From Candidatus Hydrogenedentota bacterium (GTDB lineage Bacteria; Hydrogenedentota; Hydrogenedentia; Hydrogenedentales; SLHB01): a stretch of 64,000 bases of DNA. A program made the translations under genes and the position numbers. Every line of letters begins with the position of its first letter. Within the stretch, counting starts at the first letter, position 1. Where the stretch lies: positions 1 through 64,000 of the forward strand of contig CAVUWV010000033.1 in assembly GCA_963745075.1 (NCBI GenBank), read 5' to 3'. The notes under the pieces were generated by a model, which saw only the letters and a program-made list of their open reading frames with translations, did not search any database and was not told the DNA's origin. Below are positions 49,701 through 57,862 of this stretch, piece after piece.

Positions 49701-51242
49701 ATGCCGAACTATGCGGTTGCGCTCCTGTTTGGATTTCTTTTCCTGCCGATCGGCGGTTTGACTTGCGCGGCCGAGCCGGAAACCCTTGCGCAGAATCGCG
49801 GGTCGATATTCAATTCCCAGCCTCCGTCACAGCCCGATCCCGCGCCTTTGCCCTCTCCGAAGAAAGGCCGAAACGCGGCGCCGCCCTCCGCATGGCCTGC
49901 TGGTTTGAACGGGTATTTCAATTCCAACCTCGACAATCCAACGCCCGACCAGGTCATGGCCACCGTGGCCGCGCAGTTAAACCGCCAGACCCTGGACAAT
50001 GTCCCCCCCGATGACGCGTACGAACACTTCTCGGATTGGTTGAAGCGGTTCCGCAAGACGCTGCCCAAGCATGAAGTCGAGACGGAGGTGGTTGATGGGT
50101 TCTATCGAAACCTTGCGCGCTGGGTGGAGCTTGAAGCCAAGTTCACGGCAGACTCCGACCGATCGGTTCTCAAGGATTTGGTCGATCTGGTGCGCGAACA
50201 GACGGAAATGGACCCCACGTACGACCCCGAACGCCGCGACCAGATCATCAGCACGATCGAAGACCAGGGATTTTTCGTGCCGTCCGGGATCTTGTTCGGA
50301 TTTTCGGTTCTGCCGTTTCGCGCGATGAACGTGCCCCGGGGGTTCGGCCTGTTCGAAGTGCTCGGGTCGCCGGGATTCTCCGATACGGCAGGCCGGGCGC
50401 AAGCGTTGTTCGATTTCCTGCAATGTCCGGGACCAGTCTACCGAATCGACTTTGACACCGTAAGCGCAAAACGGTTTGCGGCCGAGATGGGCGATGACGA
50501 GGCGCTGCTCGAACCCGTCAAGGGTGCGGTCTATTCGGGACCGACCGGCGTGCGGGGCCCCGCGCTTTTTCAATCCCCCGAGAGCGCGCGCTATCTTCGC
50601 GTGACCATAGAATCCGACAAGCAATCCGCCGTACTGCGGAATCTCCGCGTCTTTGCTCTAAAGGAGCCGCCGGCCGCGATCTGCTCGACGGTGGCGAGCG
50701 GTCCCGAGTTGGACGCCTCGTTCAAGGAAGCGTGCTGGCCGCGGACTGCGCAGATTCAGGGGTTTATTAGTCCGGAGAATGGCGCGTTTGCCGAGGCGCA
50801 GACCACGGTCCGCGTCTGCCGTACGGACGATGCGCTGTACGTGGGCGTCTACGCCCGCGAACCGCGCATGGATACGCTGGTCGCGAAAATGGAGGCGCGT
50901 GACGCACCCCTCGCATCGGAGGAATCCGTCGAGCTGGTCATCGAGGCCGTTGGCAAACCGGTGTGCCGTTTCGCCACCAATCCCCGTGGCGCACAGTTCG
51001 ATTCACGCGACGGCGATGCCCAGTGGGACGGTTCCTGGCGGGTCGCGTGCAAGACGTATCCGACGGGGTGGGCCGCGGAGTTTGCCATTCCGTTCGAGGA
51101 TTTTGGCGGTCCGCCTGCGGTGGGCAAGGACTGGGTGATGAACTGCATCCGGAACCGCCGTAACGTGCGGGACGAGCGATCGGTCTGGGCGTACACTGTG
51201 GAACGCCGCGAAGAAGCGACGGGCAGTCTGTTATTCGATTGA
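49701..51242 (+). CDS. Secreted protein with C-terminal CBM9/DOMON-like domain
   Basis: Signal peptide; QTTVR...ALYVG, ESVEL, NPRG.QFD, W.AEFAIPF. Confidence 0.65.
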   Translation: MPNYAVALLFGFLFLPIGGLTCAAEPETLAQNRGSIFNSQPPSQPDPAPLPSPKKGRNAAPPSAWPAGLNGYFNSNLDNPTPDQVMATVAAQLNRQTLDNVPPDDAYEHFSDWLKRFRKTLPKHEVETEVVDGFYRNLARWVELEAKFTADSDRSVLKDLVDLVREQTEMDPTYDPERRDQIISTIEDQGFFVPSGILFGFSVLPFRAMNVPRGFGLFEVLGSPGFSDTAGRAQALFDFLQCPGPVYRIDFDTVSAKRFAAEMGDDEALLEPVKGAVYSGPTGVRGPALFQSPESARYLRVTIESDKQSAVLRNLRVFALKEPPAAICSTVASGPELDASFKEACWPRTAQIQGFISPENGAFAEAQTTVRVCRTDDALYVGVYAREPRMDTLVAKMEARDAPLASEESVELVIEAVGKPVCRFATNPRGAQFDSRDGDAQWDGSWRVACKTYPTGWAAEFAIPFEDFGGPPAVGKDWVMNCIRNRRNVRDERSVWAYTVERREEATGSLLFD

Positions 51243-51328
51243 CGTGAGACAGCTTGACTCGCTCGCGTACCGTTCGATTCAATATCCGAATGAGAATCCG
51301 ACGGCGATTCAAGGGGAGGAGGACTCAA

Positions 51329-52300
51329 ATGCGGGCATTGATGGTAGACGGCGACGCAAAGCTGGTGGACCTTCCTCATCCTGAACCCGGCCCGGGTGAA
51401 GCGTTGGTCCGAGTAGCGGTGGCTGGCGTCTGCAATACGGATATCGAAATCCTGAACGGCTACATGGGATTCAAAGGCGTTCTCGGGCACGAGTTCGTCG
51501 GCGTAGTTGAACAGTCGGAGAATGAACATCTCGTCGGCCGGCGGGTGGTGGGGGAGATCAATTGCGTGTGCCGCACCTGCCACTACTGCAAGCTCGACAT
51601 GCCCCATCACTGCCTCAACCGAACGGTGCTTGGCATTCTCAATCGTAACGGCGCTTTCGCCGAGTACCTCACCCTTCCGGAAATGAACCTGCACCTCGTT
51701 CCGGATGGGATGGCGAATGAAGTCGCCGTGTTTACCGAACCGACCGCCGCAGCGTTTCGCATTATGGAACAACTCGAAATCACCCCTAACGACCGGGTCG
51801 TCGTACTCGGCGCCGGTAAGCTCGGGCAGTTGATCGCGCAGGTGCTCTGGTTGCGCACGAAGAAGTTGGTCTGCGTCGGGCGCAGCGCCTGGAAACTCGA
51901 CCTGCTCAATCGCCTCCACATCCGCACCGCGCACAAGGACGAACCCGTGGAACCCGGCGCGGATATCGTGGTCGAAGCGACAGGCTCGCCGGAGGGGCTC
52001 GCGCGCGCGTTGGAACTTGTGCGCCCCGAAGGGACCATCGTGCTCAAGACGACGGTGGCGGGAGACACGTGTGTCGACATGAGCTTGCCCGTGATCAACG
52101 AGGTGAAAATCATCGGGTCGCGGTGTGGTCCTTTCCGGCCCGCACTCGAGGCCCTTGCCCTCGGCAACGTGGAAGTCAGGCAGATGGTTTCCGAAACCTA
52201 CGACCTCCAGGATGGCGTCGAGGCGTTGAACCGGGCCACCGCCCGAGATGTAATGAAAGTATTGCTGCGCATGGAGCCCGTGCCGGCGGTTTCCGGGTAG
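51329..52300 (+). CDS. Zinc-dependent alcohol dehydrogenase (MDR)
   Basis: CNTD, GHEFVG, CxCxxCxxC cluster, GAGKLG, GSRCGPF; GGAGG RBS. Confidence 0.92.
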   Translation: MRALMVDGDAKLVDLPHPEPGPGEALVRVAVAGVCNTDIEILNGYMGFKGVLGHEFVGVVEQSENEHLVGRRVVGEINCVCRTCHYCKLDMPHHCLNRTVLGILNRNGAFAEYLTLPEMNLHLVPDGMANEVAVFTEPTAAAFRIMEQLEITPNDRVVVLGAGKLGQLIAQVLWLRTKKLVCVGRSAWKLDLLNRLHIRTAHKDEPVEPGADIVVEATGSPEGLARALELVRPEGTIVLKTTVAGDTCVDMSLPVINEVKIIGSRCGPFRPALEALALGNVEVRQMVSETYDLQDGVEALNRATARDVMKVLLRMEPVPAVSG

Positions 52301-52365
52301 CTGAGGCAGGGAACGATTTGACGTAGGGAGTAATTGCGGACCTTTTAGAGTCACTCCGCTCACTC

Positions 52366-52499
52366 CTCGTGTTCGTAATCGTGCTCGAAGTAGCGACCGT
52401 TGGCTATCTTCACAGGATCGCATCAAGTCAGTGCTTACACTGTCCCGAAACGTCGCCGCTCCATTCGATTGCGATAACGATAACGATTACGATTACGAA
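52366..52499. repeat. Inverted pair of hexamer tandem arrays
   Basis: ctcgtg ttcgta atcgtg ctcgaa (52366-52389) and ttcgat tgcgat aacgat aacgat tacgat tacgaa (52464-52499). Confidence 0.7.
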
Positions 52500-52569
52500 C
52501 AAAAGACCAAAGTGAGAATTCGATTGTGGTAGCGAGTGTGAAATACAACGCAGGAAGGAATCATACGCC

Positions 52570-53403
52570 ATGAAAGTGGGAATCCTGACCGTTCCCTTCG
52601 TGAAAGAGAATCTTGAGACCGTGCTCGACTTCGCCGAGGACTCGGGCATCCCATGCCTCGAAATCACGGCCCATCCCGGCAGCAAGCACATCGATCCCGC
52701 TAGGCTGACCCCGGCGAAGGCCGCCAAGATCAACGAGGCGTTGGGCGAGCGCGGACTGGAAATCACCAGTCTCGCGTATTACACCGTGGACATCACCAAC
52801 CCGAAACTGACGAAGAAAGTGCAAGCGCACACCATGAAGGTGATCGACGCGGCGGCGATGCTCGGCGTCGACACCGTCTGCACGCTGGCCGGGTTCCCGG
52901 CCGAAGGGATGAGCAAGATCGAGACGATCCGCAAGGTGCTGCCGAAGGCCTTCAGGCCGATCCTGGCCCACGCGCGCAAGAAGAAGGTGAACATCGCGTT
53001 GGAGAACTATTTCGAGACCTGTCTGCAAGGGCTCGACACTTTTGAAGCCATGTTCGCCGCGATTCCCGACAAGAACTTCGGTCTCAACTACGATCCCTCG
53101 CACCTCTATCATCAGGAATGCGACCACTTGGTTCCCGTGACGCAGTTCAAGGACCGTATCTTTCACACCCACGCCAAAGACACGCTCGTGGATAAGGCCA
53201 AGCGCGCCCACGTCGGCGTCTATGGCAAAGGCTGGTGGCGCTACGTCATCCCCGGATTCGGCAACATCAACTGGGGCGAATACGTCAGCCATCTCCGCGC
53301 CAACGGCTACGACGGGGTCATGAGCATCGAACACGAAGACGACACCCAAACCCGTGAAGAAGGCTTCATGCGCGGCGCCTGGTTCCTCGAACAGTTCTGC
53401 TGA
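52570..53403 (+). CDS. Sugar phosphate isomerase/epimerase family TIM barrel
   Basis: ALEN, NYDPSH, HTHAKD, SIEHED; paralog of 48658..49620. Confidence 0.9.
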   Translation: MKVGILTVPFVKENLETVLDFAEDSGIPCLEITAHPGSKHIDPARLTPAKAAKINEALGERGLEITSLAYYTVDITNPKLTKKVQAHTMKVIDAAAMLGVDTVCTLAGFPAEGMSKIETIRKVLPKAFRPILAHARKKKVNIALENYFETCLQGLDTFEAMFAAIPDKNFGLNYDPSHLYHQECDHLVPVTQFKDRIFHTHAKDTLVDKAKRAHVGVYGKGWWRYVIPGFGNINWGEYVSHLRANGYDGVMSIEHEDDTQTREEGFMRGAWFLEQFC

Positions 53404-53553
53404 GCCGAAAGCTTCGCATCGGGCGGCAATTCCGATTGACAGCTACGGTATGCATACCTTATGCTTGCAGTAGGTGCATAGACTTGCGATGGGCCGTTGG
53501 TGCGGACGGCGCGTAAAGTGGCAGGGGTTGCCACGGTGCAGTGAGGTTCCTAA

Positions 53554-54222
53554 ATGGAAACCGTGTATCTGATTTGCTTCGCTGCGGGGGCCACGGTTCT
53601 CGTCATCCAGTTTCTCATGACCCTTATCGGCTTCGATATGGATCACGACGTCGATGCCGGGCACATCGAACTCGACGCGGGGCACGGAGACATCGACGTG
53701 GCGGACACGGATGCGGGCGGCGACGTCGTCGACGTATCCGGGGATCATGATGTAGACGCGCACGTCGATGGACACGGCCACGCGCATGAGGCAGGCTCAT
53801 CCTTCTTCCGGATGCTCAGCATCCGCGCGTTGACGGCGGCCTGCGCATTCTTCGGCTTGGGTGGGCTCGGCGCGAACAGCATGGGCTGGCCCCTCCTCAT
53901 CAGTCTTCCCATCGCGATCGTCGCCGGATTCATTGCCATGTACATCGTGGCCTGGATCATGCGCGTTCTGTACGGCCTTCGCTCCGAAGGCAACGTCTAT
54001 ATCGAATGCGCCCTGGGCAGCCCCGGTACCGTGTACCTGGCGATCCCGGGTGAAGATGCCGGTGTCGGGAAAGTTCTGGTGAAAGTGCAGGACCGCACGA
54101 TGGAGTACGACGCGCGAAGCACGCACGGGCCGTTGGCGACCGGTACACCGGTGGTTGTCGTGGATGTCATCGATTCGAACACGGTGCAAGTGGAGTCTGT
54201 TGAAAATTTTGAAGGGAATTAG
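53554..54222 (+). CDS. NfeD/YqiJ-like membrane protein with His/Asp-rich loop
   Basis: Three TMs, DHDVDAGH-type loop, C-terminal OB-like GTVYLAIP..GKV; upstream of flotillin. Confidence 0.8.
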   Translation: METVYLICFAAGATVLVIQFLMTLIGFDMDHDVDAGHIELDAGHGDIDVADTDAGGDVVDVSGDHDVDAHVDGHGHAHEAGSSFFRMLSIRALTAACAFFGLGGLGANSMGWPLLISLPIAIVAGFIAMYIVAWIMRVLYGLRSEGNVYIECALGSPGTVYLAIPGEDAGVGKVLVKVQDRTMEYDARSTHGPLATGTPVVVVDVIDSNTVQVESVENFEGN

Positions 54223-54224
54223 CC

Positions 54225-55931
54225 ATGGACCTCCCGATTATTCTCGTTGCGACCATTCTTGTTGTCGGCATTGGATTCCTGAGCCTGATTCTCCTACTCG
54301 CAAGCCGGTACAAGCGCTGCCCGAGTAACCGCGTCCTGGTCATCTACGGTAAAGTCCGCACCGGAGACGCGGCCAAGTGCGTCCATGGCGGCGCGGCCTT
54401 CGTCATTCCATTGCTCCAGGAACATGCCTATCTCAGCCTCGAACCCATGCAAATCGAGATTCCGCTGAAGGACGCGCTTTCCTTCGAGAACATCCGCGTG
54501 AGCGTGCCCAGCGTGTTCACGGTTGCCGTCGGCACGCAGCCCGAGTTTATGCAGAACGCGGCCATTCGCTTGCTCGGGCTCAACACCGTGCAACTCAAGA
54601 AGCAGGCGGAAGATATCATCCTCGGCCAATTGCGTCAGGTGATCGCTTCCATGAGCATCGAAGAGATCAACCGGGACCGCGAGAAATTCCTGCACAACAT
54701 CCAGAATTCGCTGGAACCGGAACTACGGAAGATTGGTCTCGTGCTTATCAACGTGAACATTACGGACATCACCGACGAGTCCGGCTACATCGAAGCCATC
54801 GGACAGAAAGCCGCATCTCAGGCGGTGCAACAGGCCCGTGGCGACGTCGCCGATGAGGTCAAGCAGGGTGAAGTCCACGTTGCCCAGGCGGAACGGGACA
54901 AGGAAATCCAGGTCGCCAACGCGACCAAGCAGCGAAACATCGGTATCCGCGAAGCGCAGCGCGAGCAGGCGGTGCGCGTGGCGGAATTGAACAAAGAACA
55001 ACAGGTCGGCGAACAGCAGGCCGCGTTCCAGCGCGAAGTACAGGTCAAAGATGCGGAACGTGAGAAGCGCACGTCCGTGGCCGAGGCGGAAGCATTGGCC
55101 GTCCGCGGCGAAAAGGAGGCGGAGCGCAATCGCCGGGTCTCGGTGGCCCAGGCCGAAGCTGAAGCCGTGACCGGGGAAAACCTGTCCCAGGCCGCTATCG
55201 CTGCGTCGGAAGCAGAGCTCCAGGTGAAACGCGCCGAGGCCTACCAAGTCGGTGAAACCAAGCGCCGGGAAGCGGAAGCCGCGGTGCAGGAGGCGCAGAA
55301 CAGAGCCATGGCGAAGGCGGCCCTCGCCGAAGCGGAACTGGTCGAAGCCCAGCGTCGCGCTCAGCTGGAAGCGCCCGCGAAGGCGCAAAAGGCCCAGACC
55401 ATCGTCGAGGCCGAAGCCGCCGCTGAAAAGCGCCGCATCGAAGCCGAGGGTGACGCCAAGGCCATCTTCGCCAAGCTCGATGCTGAAGCCCGCGGGCAAT
55501 ACGAAATCCTGGCCAAGAAGGGTGAAGGTCTCCAACGCATCGTCGAGTCCTGCGGCGGCAGTCACGAAGCCTTCCAAATGCTCATGCTCGAGCACCTCGA
55601 CAAGCTCGCCGAAACCGCCGCGACCGCCATCTCGAACATCAAGTTCGACAAGGTCATCGTCTGGGAAGGCGCTGGTCAGAACGGCAGCAGCACCGCCAAC
55701 TTCATCCAGGGCATGGCTCGCACGTTGCCGCCTATGCTCCAAGTCATGCGCGATATCGGCGGCATCGAACTCCCCGAATCCCTCATCAAACTCACCACCG
55801 AAGCCGACGAAGGCGACGGAAAGTCCGCCGTCGCCGGCGGCCCCGCCAAAGCCACCGCCGGTGCCCCACCCCGAAAGGCTCCACCCCCTCCGCCGCCTCC
55901 ACCGCCGCCGAGAAAGCCGGAGGAGAAGTAG
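54225..55931 (+). CDS. Flotillin/SPFH domain protein
   Basis: N-terminal TM, RYKRCPS, SPFH domain, AEA-rich coiled coil, Pro-rich tail. Confidence 0.92.
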   Translation: MDLPIILVATILVVGIGFLSLILLLASRYKRCPSNRVLVIYGKVRTGDAAKCVHGGAAFVIPLLQEHAYLSLEPMQIEIPLKDALSFENIRVSVPSVFTVAVGTQPEFMQNAAIRLLGLNTVQLKKQAEDIILGQLRQVIASMSIEEINRDREKFLHNIQNSLEPELRKIGLVLINVNITDITDESGYIEAIGQKAASQAVQQARGDVADEVKQGEVHVAQAERDKEIQVANATKQRNIGIREAQREQAVRVAELNKEQQVGEQQAAFQREVQVKDAEREKRTSVAEAEALAVRGEKEAERNRRVSVAQAEAEAVTGENLSQAAIAASEAELQVKRAEAYQVGETKRREAEAAVQEAQNRAMAKAALAEAELVEAQRRAQLEAPAKAQKAQTIVEAEAAAEKRRIEAEGDAKAIFAKLDAEARGQYEILAKKGEGLQRIVESCGGSHEAFQMLMLEHLDKLAETAATAISNIKFDKVIVWEGAGQNGSSTANFIQGMARTLPPMLQVMRDIGGIELPESLIKLTTEADEGDGKSAVAGGPAKATAGAPPRKAPPPPPPPPPPRKPEEK

Positions 55932-55983
55932 GGGGCGGGTAGAGGGCGAAGCCCGATGCCCAATGCAACGAAGAGGGAAACCC

Positions 55984-56143
55984 TTTGGAGTGCGGCCGCT
56001 TGCGGCTGCTTTTCTTAGGGGCCGTTTTGATGAACCTAATTCTACAGAGACACGTGAGTTTCGCCGTGCGCGCTTGTCCGCCAATCACAGCCTCGCAGGC
56101 AAGCCTGTTCGGTGAAAGCAGCCGCAAGCGGCCGCACTCCAAA
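55984..56143. repeat. REP doublet (REPIN), left
   Basis: TTTGGAGTGCGGCCGCTTGCGGCTGCTTT ... AAAGCAGCCGCAAGCGGCCGCACTCCAAA. Confidence 0.9.
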
Positions 56144-56151
56144 GGGGCGTC

Positions 56152-56709
56152 ATGAGTCATTGTGATCCCGACACAACGTTTTCTGACTGGCCCCACGCCC
56201 CTTCGCACTTGTTTGTCCCGAACGCCACGTATTTCGTTACTGCCGGGACGTATCAAAAGCCGATGCTGTTCAACACGCCCGAGTAACGGGATTTCCTGTT
56301 GAAGTCCTTGTTCAAAGAGGCGATCTCCTTTAGCTGGCAGCTGGAAGCATGGGCAGTCATGGCAAATCACTATCACTTCGTCGCCTGCGCACCGGAAGAC
56401 GCGGATAGCCTCAAGCCAATGCTGAACGCGCTTCATTCCAGAACGGCCATTTGGTTGAACAAACAGGACGGCAAACCCGGACGCAAAGTCTGGTACCGTT
56501 ATCGCGACACGTGTCTCACCTATCAGAAGAGCTACCTCGCACGCTTGAACTACACGCACCACAATCCTGTCAAGCACGGCTTGGTCACAACGGCTGAAGA
56601 CTATCCGTGGTGTTCCATGGGGTGGTTTCTTCGCGAAGCGGTTCCCAAGTTTCGAGATATGGTGCTTTCGTTCGGACACGACCGGATCAACATACAAGAC
56701 GATTTCTAG
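56152..56709 (+). pseudogene. REP-associated tyrosine transposase (RAYT/TnpA-REP) with in-frame TAA at codon 45 (56284-56286)
   Basis: WPHAP, YFVTAGT, NHYH (HUH), LNYTHHNPVKHGL, YPWCS all in one frame from ATG 56152. Confidence 0.88.
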
Positions 56710-56710
56710 T

Positions 56711-56868
56711 ATGGAGTGCGGCCGCTTGCGGCTGCTTTCACTGAGCAGGCTTGCCTGCGACGCCATGACTGGCGAACGATCGTACACGGCAACACTCGCT
56801 TATCTTCGTAAAACTCGGTTTATCAAAACCATTCGAAGAAAAGCAGCCGCAAGCGGCCGCACTCCAAA
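56711..56868. repeat. REP doublet (REPIN), right; inverted homolog of the left doublet
   Basis: Same arms; core aligns with the reverse complement of the left core. Confidence 0.9.
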
Positions 56869-56895
56869 GTTGCGATTGGCGACTGGAAGGCGGGT

Positions 56896-57834
56896 ATGCA
56901 TCGTAATTCGCAGGATCGCGTGTTCAAGCAGAAGGCGCTCTATCGATTTGTCTATTTAGCGTTGACTTTCTGTTTTATCGTGGCCGCACTAGTTACAACG
57001 TCTCTGCTCTTTGTGGGTTATCATGTTAAGATCGTGCCTTTGCTATGTCTCTTATCGTACTTGCATCTATTCCTGTTTGCGTATCCGAGCTACGCACTCA
57101 TGGGCTCCGTCGTGGTGAGCGACCAATGGATTACATACTGCAACGTGTGGATTTGCCGCACCATTCGATTCCGCGACATCACCGAACTGGATGTGAAGCG
57201 GGGACGGCAACACATAGGGGTGAAGTCACCTTTCGGTAGAATCTTCTGTGGGCCAACCTACCAAGACATCGATGAACTCATCGACTTGGTCGAGTCGCGT
57301 GTGGCACCGTTTCTCGACTCACGGCGCAGCGAGTTGGCCCGGGCGTCTCGCAACCTACCTCGGTTTCCCGTGTCAGTACGTATCCGCTGGTGGCAGTTTC
57401 CACTGAGTTCCTTCGTTTTAGCCACCGGCAACCTCGGGTTCATTTTGTGGTTTGGATTGAGGGATATCCCAGAAAAGGGACTTACACTAACGATCACGTT
57501 AGTCCTGATCATCTTGTTACCGCTGATAGTGGTCCTTTACGTCATGGGAAGTCATTACGCCATTTTCGGCGCGAGACGAGTAGTCTTCGGCAGACGATTG
57601 CTCGTGATCAAATCCGGAGTTGGTCTACGTACTCGGTCCGTCGATTCCGTAAAACGAGTGTACCTCAGAGAGGCCGAGCAGAATGCTATCGTTACTCGGA
57701 AACTTGTTCTGGAGTTCCACGGTGCTCGTCCCCTGACTATTGGGGAGCGCCTAGTAAACGTTCCCATCGTCCCACTCTACGAACTTCTCTGCAAGACCTA
57801 CTGGCCCGAGGGGTATCGCGAGCCTGGGGTGTAG
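56896..57834 (+). CDS. Hypothetical membrane protein (two TM-pair plus small soluble domain modules)
   Basis: 312 aa ORF, AT-richer than neighbours, two hydrophobic hairpins. Confidence 0.55.
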   Translation: MHRNSQDRVFKQKALYRFVYLALTFCFIVAALVTTSLLFVGYHVKIVPLLCLLSYLHLFLFAYPSYALMGSVVVSDQWITYCNVWICRTIRFRDITELDVKRGRQHIGVKSPFGRIFCGPTYQDIDELIDLVESRVAPFLDSRRSELARASRNLPRFPVSVRIRWWQFPLSSFVLATGNLGFILWFGLRDIPEKGLTLTITLVLIILLPLIVVLYVMGSHYAIFGARRVVFGRRLLVIKSGVGLRTRSVDSVKRVYLREAEQNAIVTRKLVLEFHGARPLTIGERLVNVPIVPLYELLCKTYWPEGYREPGV

Positions 57835-57862
57835 GCGCTGCCCGATGGAACGTCGATCCTTC

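Noticed and set aside
2996..56787. Long antisense or overlapping ORFs (e.g. 2996..4240, 17173..18525, 29242..30759, 35503..36720, 50849..52426, 54723..56084)
   Set aside because: Shadow frames of well-supported genes in GC-rich DNA, with no recognisable motifs
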